From Bdellovibrionota bacterium (GTDB lineage Bacteria > Bdellovibrionota_C > UBA2361 > JBIKUX01): a stretch of 64,000 nt of DNA. Under the pieces are notes generated by a model. The model was not told the DNA's origin. It did not search any database and was given only the letters and a program-made list of their open reading frames with translations. The position numbers and the translations under genes were made by a program. Of this stretch, positions 29,083 through 39,574 are shown in pieces (positions within the stretch are counted from its first letter, which is position 1; each line of letters begins with the position of its first letter). The stretch spans positions 47,228 through 111,227 of the forward strand of contig JBIKUX010000005.1 in the NCBI GenBank assembly GCA_044347345.1. The letters run 5' to 3'.

Positions 29083-31331
29083 TACACTTTTTCTTTAATT
29101 TCACTACCCATTATGCCCCCAGGCCTGAATATCAAAACGGCTATAAGCACGGAAAATACCACAACATTAGTCCAGCTAGTTGCAATATAGTGATCACTAA
29201 AAGCCCGCAGAACACCGATCAACAAGCCGCCAATACAGGCACCAAAAAGGCTTCCAATACCACCAAGAACCGCAGCGACAAAGGCGTCCATTCCTACTCT
29301 GTAGCCCATCTGAAAAAAAACTGTGCCGTTAAACAAGGCGTACGCTGTCGATGCTACTCCAGCAAGAGCGCCACCAAGAAAAAAAGTGCGGGAAATTATT
29401 TTATCGACAGGGATACCCATTAACCGAGCCGCATCTACATTTTGTGCAACTGCTCGCATCGCCATACCCGTTTTAGAGTATTTGATAAAAATGGATAGAG
29501 ATAATAGCAGTGGAATCGTGATAACTGTCACCAAAAGATCTCGAGTGGTAAATGTAAGCCCTGACCCTGCGCTGAAAAGATTAACTGAAGAAAACAACGT
29601 TGGAAAATTCTTTGGAGCTGATGCAGCGTGCCCATTATCAAATACTTCAAGTGGCAAACCGCCCCAAAAAAGGCCGATATTGAGAAAAATAAAAGACACC
29701 CCTATTGCCGACACCAGCGGGGCTAAGCGAGAGGACTGCCTTCTCAGAGGACGATAAGCATAACGCTCAACCAAACAATTTAAACCACCAGTAAATAAAG
29801 GAACTAGTACCACTAACAGTATCCAAGTCAAAGGAGATGTTGAACCGAATATGCCGACAATCGTTAAAGCTAAAAATGCCCCAAGCATAAACAAATCACC
29901 GTGAGCAAAGTTAATAAGCTCAATGATGCCGTATACCATAGTGTACCCGAGCGCAATCAGCGCTATTATTGCACCATTAGAGAGCCCGGTTATAATCTGC
30001 TGGCGCAGTGTAGCTGAATTCGAAAATGCTGCCTCCTGAAAAGAGCCAACATCCTGAAAAGAGCTAACGGCTGCCTCATCAGTAGTATTTCTATTTGCAG
30101 CGGCAGGAGGAGTCACTATTTTACTCAAAAGAGAGTCATCTAGCAGCTCAACAAAATAAAAATTACCATTTTTTATGCCATTAAGACTCATCGTCTTAAG
30201 AGAAATATCACCGCTATCTTCAAAACTCCAAGTACCTAAGGCACCAGTGAAATCTTTGATATTCCGAACTTCTGCTATAATCTTACGCCTGTCTGCACTC
30301 TTAGCTCTGCGAAGACCTTCCAGAACTACCTTTGCAGCCTCATAACCATAAATTGCAAATGCCTCTGGCTGGACGCCAAAGGTTGCTAGATATTTCTTCA
30401 CAAAAACTGCACCTAGCCCCGTCAATTTTTGAGGCGGAAGACCGCCGAAGGTAAAAAAAGTATTTCCCTCCAAAACAGCAGCTCCAGCAGATGAAATAAA
30501 AGCCTGCTCAAAGCATCCATCTGGAACTATTAAAGTTGCGGTCACGCCGGAGTTACGCAAATCTTTTGCCAGTTGACCCCCGTTAGTTTGCGTAGTGCCA
30601 CCGTAGTAAACAATATCCGTTCCTCGACCACGAAGTAATGTAGCTAATGCCCTATAGTTAGAAGCCTTAGAATCAATGCCTTCATAACCTACTACTGAAC
30701 CTCCGCGCATTTTAAACTCACGGGCGAAAAGATCCGCTAAGCCCTTACCGTAAAGCTCTCTATCATGAATAACAAAGGCTCTATGTTTTCCTTGGGCACG
30801 CGCCCATTGAGCCGCTCGAGGGCCCTGAATATCGTCAGTAGGAAATACTCTAAAATAAGTTACCTCACCACTCGGTCGGTAAACCAAGGGTTCGCTAGCT
30901 TCACCGAATCCAGGTTTAGTCAAACCTGGCCAGGAATTAGCCGGGCTAACCATAAGCAGCGGTGCTCGGTTAAGTTTAGGCATTGAAATTTTTGCAGCAC
31001 CTGAGTTGTAGGTTCCAATGTAGGCTATAACACGAGGGTTAGCTATGGCACGATCAGCATTAGCGCCCTCAACTGCTGGATCCCAAGCTCCACGCTCAGG
31101 AGTAGCGTCATCCCAATCTTCGTAACGAATATCAAATTGAGATAAAGATGAACGCTCTTCCTCTATGGCAAGTGTAATACCATTAACTATTGCTGAGGTT
31201 TGTGAGTGCACACTTCCAGTTCTCGGCAAACTTGATACAATAATTACTTGATTATCGATTGCGTAACCGACTTGGAGAAAAATCAAGGTAGATAAAAGAG
31301 ATAAAGTTAAGAGAAAAAAAATTGCTCTCAT
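29082..31331 (-). CDS. Fused LivK/J-type substrate-binding protein and LivH-type permease
   Basis: Signal peptide; periplasmic domain (IGTYNSGAAK, YFRV, YGKGLAD); linker; LivH motifs ALIALGYTMVYGIIELINFAHG, AAVLGGIG, FRPGG. Confidence 0.9.
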   Translation of the reverse strand: MRAIFFLLTLSLLSTLIFLQVGYAIDNQVIIVSSLPRTGSVHSQTSAIVNGITLAIEEERSSLSQFDIRYEDWDDATPERGAWDPAVEGANADRAIANPRVIAYIGTYNSGAAKISMPKLNRAPLLMVSPANSWPGLTKPGFGEASEPLVYRPSGEVTYFRVFPTDDIQGPRAAQWARAQGKHRAFVIHDRELYGKGLADLFAREFKMRGGSVVGYEGIDSKASNYRALATLLRGRGTDIVYYGGTTQTNGGQLAKDLRNSGVTATLIVPDGCFEQAFISSAGAAVLEGNTFFTFGGLPPQKLTGLGAVFVKKYLATFGVQPEAFAIYGYEAAKVVLEGLRRAKSADRRKIIAEVRNIKDFTGALGTWSFEDSGDISLKTMSLNGIKNGNFYFVELLDDSLLSKIVTPPAAANRNTTDEAAVSSFQDVGSFQEAAFSNSATLRQQIITGLSNGAIIALIALGYTMVYGIIELINFAHGDLFMLGAFLALTIVGIFGSTSPLTWILLVVLVPLFTGGLNCLVERYAYRPLRRQSSRLAPLVSAIGVSFIFLNIGLFWGGLPLEVFDNGHAASAPKNFPTLFSSVNLFSAGSGLTFTTRDLLVTVITIPLLLSLSIFIKYSKTGMAMRAVAQNVDAARLMGIPVDKIISRTFFLGGALAGVASTAYALFNGTVFFQMGYRVGMDAFVAAVLGGIGSLFGACIGGLLIGVLRAFSDHYIATSWTNVVVFSVLIAVLIFRPGGIMGSEIKEKV

Positions 31332-31394
31332 TGTTCTATAACAAACCCCTGTTCTACCGTTACATAATTTCGCAGTTATTAATACTGATCTACT

Positions 31395-32174
31395 TTAGAA
31401 AACTTTATTTTTACCTACTGCTACAGTCGTATTTGGAGGAATAGACGAAACCACCCAAGCGTTACCACCAATCACGGAATCATGCCCAATAATAGTATCA
31501 CCGCCAAGCACAGTAGCGTTAGCGTAAATTATAACTCTATCTTGAACAGTCGGATGTCGTTTTTTACTTGCTTGCTCTTTTGATACAGAGAGCGCCCCTA
31601 AAGTCACCCCCTGATAAATCTGCACTCTATCTCCGATTGTTGTAGTCTGTCCGATAACAACTCCAGTGCCGTGATCAATTGAAAAACCTTTACCGACCGT
31701 AGCCCCGGGATGAATATCAATACCAGTTCTTTCATGGGCATAATATGAAATAATACGTGGAACAAGCGGCAATCCTTTAAGATACAAAAGATGCGCTATT
31801 CGGTAAAACGCTATTGCTACAAATCCTGGGTAGCACAGAATAACTTCTTCTACTGATGTAGCCGCCGGATCCTGCTCAAATTGAGCCTCTGCGTCTAACA
31901 TTAAAGCTTGGTGTAGAGCTTGCAAATTATCCCAAAAAAAATCCAACGCCTCCTTGTTACTCTTCGAAGAAGGAATTTTAGTTTGTACACTCTGAATTAA
32001 CGCACCTAAAAGAACTTTTATTTCACTCTCCTGAAGCCGCCTTTTTCTTCCTATAGGAAAAAGAAAACTAAATAATTCATCAACAAATAGCCGGACATCT
32101 GCAACAGAGAGAGTCACAGCAGACACGCTTTTATTAACATCAGATAAATCATCAGATACACGCATCGGAATCAT
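31395..32174 (-). CDS. cysE: Serine O-acetyltransferase
   Basis: DPAA..VEEVILCYPG, TGIDIHPGA, IDHGTGVVIG, YQGVTLG, KRHPT. Confidence 0.93.
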   Translation of the reverse strand: MIPMRVSDDLSDVNKSVSAVTLSVADVRLFVDELFSFLFPIGRKRRLQESEIKVLLGALIQSVQTKIPSSKSNKEALDFFWDNLQALHQALMLDAEAQFEQDPAATSVEEVILCYPGFVAIAFYRIAHLLYLKGLPLVPRIISYYAHERTGIDIHPGATVGKGFSIDHGTGVVIGQTTTIGDRVQIYQGVTLGALSVSKEQASKKRHPTVQDRVIIYANATVLGGDTIIGHDSVIGGNAWVVSSIPPNTTVAVGKNKVF

Positions 32175-32181
32175 TGCTTAA

Positions 32182-32949
32182 TTAACCAAATTTTCTAGTC
32201 ACATAATTTAAAGTTTCACAATCTTTCGGTGACGAAAAAATCTGCCCTGTCTCACCATATTCACGAAGTGAGCCATCTAGAAAAAAGGCAGTATTATCCG
32301 CTAACCGCTCCGCTTGACCTAAATTATGAGTAACCATAATTAGTGATACAGATTTTTTTAAATTAGTCAGTAGCTCCTCAATTCGAGCAGTAGAACGTGG
32401 ATCAAGAGCAGAGGTGGGTTCATCTAAAAGAAGCACAGAAGGTCTTACCGCCAAAGCTCTGGCTATACATAGGCGCTGCTGCTGACCTCCTGACAAGGTA
32501 AGAGCAGATGAATGCAATCGGTCTTTGACCTCGGAAAAAAGTTCGGCCGATTCTAAGGCCTGTTCAACTCTTTGCTCTAATTCTCCGCGCTGCTTTATCC
32601 CGTGAAGACGAAGACCAAAGGCAATGTTTTCAAAAACACTTTTCGGGAATGGATTGGGCTTTTGAAATACCATTCCTATCTCTCTTCGTAATAGTACTGG
32701 GTCAGGATCAGCTAAGATGTTTCTTCCAGCAAAATAAATCGCTCCTGAAACGCTCATCCCCAAAACTTCATCGTGCATTCTATTTATTGCCCGTAGGAAG
32801 GTAGATTTTCCGCACCCTGAAGGTCCAATAATTGCAAAAAGTAGTTGCTTAGGAATAGTTACTGATACATTCGATAGGATAGTTTTAGTATAAAACTTTA
32901 CCGATAAATCTTTTATGGAAAGCACTGTTTGAGCTGAATTCAGAATCAC
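32182..32949 (-). CDS. pstB: Phosphate ABC transporter ATPase
   Basis: GPSGCGKST, VFQKPNPFP, LSGGQQQRLCIAR, DEPTSALDP. Confidence 0.96.
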   Translation of the reverse strand: MILNSAQTVLSIKDLSVKFYTKTILSNVSVTIPKQLLFAIIGPSGCGKSTFLRAINRMHDEVLGMSVSGAIYFAGRNILADPDPVLLRREIGMVFQKPNPFPKSVFENIAFGLRLHGIKQRGELEQRVEQALESAELFSEVKDRLHSSALTLSGGQQQRLCIARALAVRPSVLLLDEPTSALDPRSTARIEELLTNLKKSVSLIMVTHNLGQAERLADNTAFFLDGSLREYGETGQIFSSPKDCETLNYVTRKFG

Positions 32950-32982
32950 AACTTATCTTTTTAGTTAAGCATATTGAAAATT

Positions 32983-33837
32983 TTAACCCCTCGAAGAGTA
33001 TATATATCTAATACTCCAGGAAATACCGTTTAAGATAGCTACAAGCGCAAGTAATAACATAATAGTTGAGGCAGCAATTACATGGAATGCCTCCTGCGGA
33101 CGATTAAGCCAAGAAAATACTGCTAGCGGAAGAGCCGTAAAGCTATCCAACAGACTTGTTGGCACAAATCCGATATAAGCGTAAGCTCCAATTGCAAGTA
33201 GTGGCGCAGTTTCACCAATAACTCTAGCAAATGCTAGAAAGCAACCGGTAAAAATAGCGGGAGTTGCGGCTGGCAACAAATGACTTGTAATTACTTGCCA
33301 CCGCGAAGCCCCTAAAGCCAGTGCTCCCTCTCTAACTCCAACAGGTATTTGCCTGAGTGCTTCTCTTGCTATGGTAATAACAACTGGAAGAACTAGAAGA
33401 GAAAGCGTGAGTGCTGCCGCTAGAATACTCCGACCTAAACTCATTTGACGAACAAAAAAATGCAATCCTAATAATCCAAATAGAATGGAAGGAGTTCCTG
33501 CTAAAGTTATCAGATTAATCTCCATCAACCGTGCAAGCTGTGGTGGTGGCGAATATTCCTCCAAATATAAAGCTGTAGCAAGGGCTAAGGGCGTTGCTAT
33601 AAAAATAGTGAGAAGCACTAGAGCTAGTGACCCAATAAGAGCAGGTAATACACCAGCTCTATGAGGGCTTGGTGACGGAAAACCGAGAAGAAAACTTAAG
33701 GTTATCCCCTCTGTGCCTCTTACAAAAATCTGAATCAATAAAAAAGCGAATACTCCCAGCACTCCAATTAGAAGACTCAGAGCAACAAACTTAAACAGGC
33801 TCTCAAAAAAAAGGTGAGGTCTATTGATAATAGTCAC
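32983..33837 (-). CDS. pstA: Phosphate ABC transporter permease
   Basis: YLEEY, PSILFGLLG, EGALALGA, RVIGETAPL. Confidence 0.93.
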   Translation of the reverse strand: MTIINRPHLFFESLFKFVALSLLIGVLGVFAFLLIQIFVRGTEGITLSFLLGFPSPSPHRAGVLPALIGSLALVLLTIFIATPLALATALYLEEYSPPPQLARLMEINLITLAGTPSILFGLLGLHFFVRQMSLGRSILAAALTLSLLVLPVVITIAREALRQIPVGVREGALALGASRWQVITSHLLPAATPAIFTGCFLAFARVIGETAPLLAIGAYAYIGFVPTSLLDSFTALPLAVFSWLNRPQEAFHVIAASTIMLLLALVAILNGISWSIRYIYSSRG

Positions 33838-33908
33838 AATTTTAAGCTCGCAAGAAAGAAACCAAAGTTACTGATATGCACAACTTACTTTCAACAAACC
33901 TATTGTTA

Positions 33909-34793
33909 TTAGTTATTTCGCTCAACTGTACCCCTCAACCAAACTACAATACCATTAACCAATAAAGTTAAAAAAAATAATCCCGCTGCAACGACAAATA
34001 TTGACCTATATTCAAGTGAATCCTGAGAAATATCTCCCAGAGAGACCTTTGCAATATAGGTAGTCATTGTTTCCACCGAGGAGAAAGGATTAAACGTCAA
34101 ACTTGCCTGCTGGCCAGCAGCCATGGTGACAATCATAGTTTCACCGATAGCCCGCGCTAAGCCAAGTAAAATTCCAACAAATATTCCGTCCTTTGCAGCC
34201 GGAACAACAATATGTGTAATTACTGAAAGACGACTAGCTCCAAGAGCACTAGCTGCTTCTCGAAGTGAGATAGGCACAGCTCGTAACGCATCTGAAGACA
34301 CTGCTACGATAGTTGGAAGTATCATTAAACCCATCACCATGCCAGGGCTTAGCGCGTTAAAAGCGGGTAAATTGGGAAAAATCAATTGAAGTAAAGGAGT
34401 AACAGAAGTTAGTGCGAAATAACCCAAGACTACTGTCGGGATACCAGCAAACAATTCAATTATAAAACGTGCAATTTTAACAAATCTAGTGGTAGGTAAC
34501 TCAGAAAGATAGACTGACAAAACTATACCAATAGGGGTTGCTACAAAGAGTGCTATCATGGATGTTAAGCATGTTCCTGATAAAAGTGGCCAAATACCAT
34601 AACGCTTTTCTGAAAAAAGTGGCGTCCATACAGAGTCAAGAAAAAATGCTGAAAAAGAAACTGACTTAAAAAAGAGTGCGGCCTGCCAGAGGAGTACAAC
34701 TACTGTAGTCACCGTTATAAAGAGTGTAAAAGAGGCAATACTTGCAAGCATTGGACGAATAAAATAACGTTCAACCTTGTAGCTAGAGCTCAT
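33909..34793 (-). CDS. pstC: Phosphate ABC transporter permease
   Basis: YGIWPL, AGIPTVV, EAASALGA, RAIGETM. Confidence 0.93.
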   Translation of the reverse strand: MSSSYKVERYFIRPMLASIASFTLFITVTTVVVLLWQAALFFKSVSFSAFFLDSVWTPLFSEKRYGIWPLLSGTCLTSMIALFVATPIGIVLSVYLSELPTTRFVKIARFIIELFAGIPTVVLGYFALTSVTPLLQLIFPNLPAFNALSPGMVMGLMILPTIVAVSSDALRAVPISLREAASALGASRLSVITHIVVPAAKDGIFVGILLGLARAIGETMIVTMAAGQQASLTFNPFSSVETMTTYIAKVSLGDISQDSLEYRSIFVVAAGLFFLTLLVNGIVVWLRGTVERNN

Positions 34794-34796
34794 AAA

Positions 34797-34841
34797 TTTT
34801 CCTATGGTGCTTATTTCCGACGGTGCTTATTTCCTACGGTG
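34797..34841. repeat. 16-nt tandem duplication at the pstS-pstC junction
   Basis: ggtgcttatttccgac ggtgcttatttcctac ggtg. Confidence 0.85.
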
Positions 34842-35934
34842 ATGGCACGAGCGAATTTTGCAGAGGAAGTAACCCAACTTCTGTGGCTAACCTGTTTCTA
34901 TTGGCTCTTATAAAAGTCATAAACCGATCTACTATTTTCAATTTTTTGGGATTACCCCCTTGAGAAATGGGGTCTTTCTGAGAAGTTTGGTAGTAAATAA
35001 ATAGTGGCCTAGTAAGTGGCGCATAGTCACCAGAGGCTACAGATTCATAAGACGGAAGTACGAACTTTTTTATTGGTGGGCGAGGATCTTGAACAAAAGA
35101 GTTCGCCTGTGATTTTACCACTCCTGCAATACTTTTTTGCTCAATTGTATTTTGTTCTACGATCTTTTGTTCTAAGATCTTTTGTTCTATTGCTACTGCT
35201 CTTAGCTTGTCTCTTTGCGCAAAATAATAAGAATATCCCAGATACCCTAATGCATATTTATTCCGCGATACAGCCGAAACAATTAAATTGTCATCTTCGC
35301 TACTGGTAAAATCACTCCTTGTTGCACCCGCAGTACCGACTACTACCTTTGTGAAAAAATCAAAGGTACCTGAATCAATACCAGGACCAAATAGATTAAT
35401 CGGAGTGTCAGGCCAATTAGAACGAATATCTCGCCAATTTTTAATTTTGTGTGCTTTATATCTAGGTGCTGGCTGCCAAAGTGACTTTAGCTCGTCAAGA
35501 GTTAATTCATAAGCCCAATCGTTATCACGATTAACGACTATAGCTATTGCATCAAGCGCTACTGTCTCCTGCTTAAAATTAATTCCGCGAATTTTACAAT
35601 CATTAGCCTCCTGAGATTTCATCTCACGAGAAGCTTGCGCTAAATCTATCTCACCTCGACAAAACCGCTTCAGTCCACCACCTGTACCTGACACCCCTAC
35701 GGCCACTCTAATATCGGGCATTTCTTTAAGAACTGCCTCGGCAGCCGCCTCCATAAGTGGATACACCGTGCTTGACCCATCTATCCTTAGTTCGGGAAAA
35801 TTATTAACACCGATACCAATCTGACCAATAAATAAGGTCGCCAAAAGGGATGCATATACAACTACCACCAGACCAATAAGAAAGGTTTTCATCAGATTTA
35901 AAAGACTACTTTTTAGCTCTTCGGTCTTGAACAT
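34834..35934 (-). CDS. pstS: Phosphate ABC substrate-binding protein (start probably MKTFL, about 35892)
   Basis: IDGSSTVYP, SGTGGG, ASR, DSGTFDFF, SEDDN. Confidence 0.93.
   Translation of the reverse strand: MFKTEELKSSLLNLMKTFLIGLVVVVYASLLATLFIGQIGIGVNNFPELRIDGSSTVYPLMEAAAEAVLKEMPDIRVAVGVSGTGGGLKRFCRGEIDLAQASREMKSQEANDCKIRGINFKQETVALDAIAIVVNRDNDWAYELTLDELKSLWQPAPRYKAHKIKNWRDIRSNWPDTPINLFGPGIDSGTFDFFTKVVVGTAGATRSDFTSSEDDNLIVSAVSRNKYALGYLGYSYYFAQRDKLRAVAIEQKILEQKIVEQNTIEQKSIAGVVKSQANSFVQDPRPPIKKFVLPSYESVASGDYAPLTRPLFIYYQTSQKDPISQGGNPKKLKIVDRFMTFIRANRNRLATEVGLLPLQNSLVPSP
35135..35194. repeat. 15-nt tandem array (4 units) in pstS
   Basis: ttttgttctacgatc/ttttgttctaagatc; encodes EQKIL EQKIV EQNTI EQK. 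Confidence 0.9.
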
Positions 35935-36670
35935 CTATGTCACTTGGAAAAGATGCTTCAAAAAAATCTGACGGCAACTTTGGCTCGATAACTAAATCAC
36001 GAAGTAAAATTGCAGTCTCATTTCCTCCAACATCAAGTGTCTTAGCACCTACAGGCAGATACGTAGAGCTACCAATTAGGAGTGTAAACATCCTTAGTTG
36101 TTCGTCTTTACTACCGTTAGTTACTCCCTTGATCTTAGGAAGAAGCTTTAGCACGATCCCATCAAAATTCCTACAGCCACTATCTGCAATAAACTGCTCC
36201 TTTAGAGAGCCAATACCCATCAGAAAAGCAACAGGAAGCTCCGATAGTAACATCTGCTCCATTTTATCGATTAATAGCTGTTTTTCCCTAGGCTGATACA
36301 GCCAGAAGGTGCTATCAGCAATTAGAAAAGTTTGAGGCTCAGGCTTAGAGTACTCCCACCGCATTTTTCCTGGCTTAGCAAAAACAACTGTCCCACCACT
36401 TTGTTCACTTATTTCCAGCGCCTTTAAAAATGAATCTTGTTCAAAGGATGCTCGCAAGGCGGCTATTCCCTCGTATCGTTCTTGCGTCTTATTTAGAGCC
36501 TCCTGTAGCTCTGAGCTAGAGAGCCGATTATCACTGTTAGGCTCACACAAAAATTCTCGAGGCTCTGCTCGAGCTGCTGAGATAACAAAAAAATTGCTCA
36601 AAAGAACCAGTCCGGTAACTATGATGTAAACAGAATTACCAATTACTTTGAACCAATTTAAAACAAACAT
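35906..36670 (-). CDS. lolA: Outer-membrane lipoprotein carrier protein LolA
   Basis: ASFEQ, KPGKMRWEY..PEPQ; directly downstream of ftsK (common synteny). Confidence 0.88.
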   Translation of the reverse strand: MFVLNWFKVIGNSVYIIVTGLVLLSNFFVISAARAEPREFLCEPNSDNRLSSSELQEALNKTQERYEGIAALRASFEQDSFLKALEISEQSGGTVVFAKPGKMRWEYSKPEPQTFLIADSTFWLYQPREKQLLIDKMEQMLLSELPVAFLMGIGSLKEQFIADSGCRNFDGIVLKLLPKIKGVTNGSKDEQLRMFTLLIGSSTYLPVGAKTLDVGGNETAILLRDLVIEPKLPSDFFEASFPSDIDVQDRRAKK

Positions 36671-36718
36671 ACATCCACCGCTTGATAGTTTAACAACGAG
36701 AGTGCTTTTTAATATTTT

Positions 36719-39463
36719 TTAAAGTTTTACTGTTTTTGGCTCACTCTCTTGGGGAATTTTTTCAATTAAAACCTCTCTCGGCTTTACGCCATCCATTGGC
36801 CCTACGATTCCTTCTCTCTCCATCTGCTCAATGAGCCGAGCAGCCCGATTGTATCCTATTCTAAGAGCTCTTTGAACCATTGATGTACTAGCTTGCCCCT
36901 TGGCAACAACTAATGCCACAGCTTGGTCGTACTGAGGGTCATAATCCACACCAGTTACCTCATCATCTCCGCCTTGTCCCTGCTCCTTTGCTTCTTCCCG
37001 TTCATACAGAGCTAAAATGCGTTTATCGTACCTAGGAGAGGAAGTCATCTTTAGTTGCGTAACCCACGAAACAACTTCTTCATCAGCGACAAAAGCACCA
37101 TGCACTCTGCGTAAAGGGCCAGCTCCGGGTAACATTAATAACATATCACCCCGACCAAGCAGTCGTTCAGCTCCCATGGAATCAAGAATAGTTCTAGAAT
37201 CAATCCTGCTAGCCACTCTAAATGACATTCGCGCCGGAAAATTTGCCTTAATTAAACCTGTAACTACATCGACTGAGGGACGCTGGGTTGCTACCACTAA
37301 ATGAATACCGGCGGCACGAGCTTTTTGAGCTAACCTAGTTATAAGCTCCTCAACTTCTCGCCCAACCTGAAACATTAGGTCGGCTAGCTCATCAATGACT
37401 ATAACTATTTTTGGAAGTGGCTGAAGCCGCTCTACTACCTGCGAGGCTTCAAGGTCTTCTGAAACCTCTGTAGCTGGTACCTCACTGAATAATACTGCAT
37501 CAACACCTTGCCCGCCAGCCCCTGCCCCTGCTCCCTCCCCTTCTCCTTTGACAAAGGCATTGTAGCTATCAATACTTCTAACTCCAAACTGTTGCATCAG
37601 TCTATAACGCCTATCCATTTCTTTAACAGCCCAGTCAAGTACCACTCGAGCGCGACGACAATCAGTAACCACTGGAACACGAAGATGCGGAATATCCTCA
37701 TAAACGCTTAGTTCTAAAATTTTCGGATCAATTAAAATAAGACCCAACTCATCAGGACTGGCTCGATACAGTAAACTAAGCAATATACTATTTATACAAA
37801 CAGATTTTCCTGTACCCGTAGCACCAGCTATAAGTAGATGTGGCATTTTTGCTATATCAAGTACAACAGGTATGCCGCAGGCATCCTTTCCCACAGCGAT
37901 GGTTAACGAAGAAGCACTAGATGTGAATTGTGATGATTCAATTACATCTCTTAAAGAAACTACTTCCCTTTCAGGGTTGGGGACTTCAATACCTACTGTA
38001 TCCTTGCCTGGTATTGGCGCTATAACCCTAATAGCTGAGGCTTTTAACCCCATTGCTATCTCGTCTTGCAGAGAAGTAATCCGCCCGACTTTAACCCCCC
38101 TTGCAGGCTGAAACTCATAGAGAGTCACAAGCGGTCCAGTGTGCCGCTCAGTAACCTGCCCTTGGATATTAAAAGAAGCAAGCTGTTCCGAGATAGCAAG
38201 CTCAACTTTACGAAAATCACCCTCACCTAATCTGATATTACTTACTTCACCGGTTGATAATAACGAAATTGAGGGGGGTAAATACTTGTTATTATCGTTA
38301 GAAAGGTCACTCACTAAATTACGAGATACTTTTCTTTGTTTTAAAAACTGACGTATTTGCAAAACAGACGGAGCTCTTACCGTATTGTCGTCACTACTCT
38401 TTGGTACTGAGGAACTAGTAGCTTGAAGAAAAGCGCCTGTGCGACTAATCAGAGGTTGAGAAGAGCTAGCACTTATTATACCGCCCAATTTATCGTTGAT
38501 TTGGCTCACTGTATTTTGCTTCAGCCCAGCTGAGTTTATAGACTCATAATTATCAAGTTTAGCAGGACGGCGAGAAATAAAAGTTACTTGCCCTACTTTT
38601 TTAGCTACTACTACAAAAAAGCAGGATAACTTGCGTGAGGCTAACCGAATAAAGCCACATAAAGCTGATGTAGTGTCTTTACACAAAGGCCAGACTTTTT
38701 TATAAAATTTAATACCGGAGAGACGACAGGTTTTAATAGTATAAACCATGACATTGCGACTCCAGATAATAATCTGTCTTGCGCTACTTATGAACGTGAC
38801 TAAGGCAAGTTTTTTTAGATTTGGATGTAGTGCAAACAAAGCCGCAGAAGCAACCACAACAAGACCCCATACTCCAATATGTGGCGTAAGAAACCGTAGT
38901 GTTTGATATGAAAGATTACCACCCCACCATTGCCCACCAAGCGCTGAGGCTATTAACGCTAGACTTACAGCACTAAATAAACCTCGCGCAAGACGCACCA
39001 ACCTCTCTAAGCGTGCTAATCTTGGGCGATAGGTAGCTTGCCATACAGAAATTGGTAAAAATAAAGCTGATACCCCTAACCACTGAATCACAAACAATGC
39101 TGCGCTTGACCCAGTCGACCCTACAATACTTCCAGGTGGTCTTGACAAAAAGTCTGTTTCAGCTAGCAGAGTGATAATTATACAGCCAGCCGTATAGACA
39201 GATAGTAATCGAAAAATAAACCTACATCCGGAATAAAAAAAACTAACAGAGGAATTAGGCAACGAGACTAAATCTTTCTTAAAAAGTGATGGAGAAGGCA
39301 GATCTATAACAGTTACCTGTTCAAGATTTTCCCTAAATTTCTTTTGAACATTATCTTTTGTGCCCTTAATTCCAATCGAACTTTTACTATGTCGCTTAGT
39401 TGTGCTTACCATTTTTACAGTGGAATTACCGAGACTCTTACTTGCTGACTTTTTTTCTGACAC
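36719..39463 (-). CDS. ftsK: DNA translocase FtsK
   Basis: N-terminal TMs, PHLLIAGATGTGKS, VIDELAD, ATQRPSVDV, gamma domain STSMVQRALRIGYNRAAR. Confidence 0.97.
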   Translation of the reverse strand: MSEKKSASKSLGNSTVKMVSTTKRHSKSSIGIKGTKDNVQKKFRENLEQVTVIDLPSPSLFKKDLVSLPNSSVSFFYSGCRFIFRLLSVYTAGCIIITLLAETDFLSRPPGSIVGSTGSSAALFVIQWLGVSALFLPISVWQATYRPRLARLERLVRLARGLFSAVSLALIASALGGQWWGGNLSYQTLRFLTPHIGVWGLVVVASAALFALHPNLKKLALVTFISSARQIIIWSRNVMVYTIKTCRLSGIKFYKKVWPLCKDTTSALCGFIRLASRKLSCFFVVVAKKVGQVTFISRRPAKLDNYESINSAGLKQNTVSQINDKLGGIISASSSQPLISRTGAFLQATSSSVPKSSDDNTVRAPSVLQIRQFLKQRKVSRNLVSDLSNDNNKYLPPSISLLSTGEVSNIRLGEGDFRKVELAISEQLASFNIQGQVTERHTGPLVTLYEFQPARGVKVGRITSLQDEIAMGLKASAIRVIAPIPGKDTVGIEVPNPEREVVSLRDVIESSQFTSSASSLTIAVGKDACGIPVVLDIAKMPHLLIAGATGTGKSVCINSILLSLLYRASPDELGLILIDPKILELSVYEDIPHLRVPVVTDCRRARVVLDWAVKEMDRRYRLMQQFGVRSIDSYNAFVKGEGEGAGAGAGGQGVDAVLFSEVPATEVSEDLEASQVVERLQPLPKIVIVIDELADLMFQVGREVEELITRLAQKARAAGIHLVVATQRPSVDVVTGLIKANFPARMSFRVASRIDSRTILDSMGAERLLGRGDMLLMLPGAGPLRRVHGAFVADEEVVSWVTQLKMTSSPRYDKRILALYEREEAKEQGQGGDDEVTGVDYDPQYDQAVALVVAKGQASTSMVQRALRIGYNRAARLIEQMEREGIVGPMDGVKPREVLIEKIPQESEPKTVKL

Positions 39464-39574
39464 TTTTGGTTAAGATAATTCGAGCCAATAGAGCCATGAT
39501 AAAGTATGATGCTAGTCTGGCACCATAGTAAGCAATCAGTGATAATAAATAGTTGTATCTTAAAATAACGCTCC

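Noticed and set aside
37515-37545. KOPS-like GGGNAGGG octamers inside ftsK
   Set aside because: Explained by codons of the GEGEGAGAGAGG linker; two overlapping-context hits cannot show polarity.
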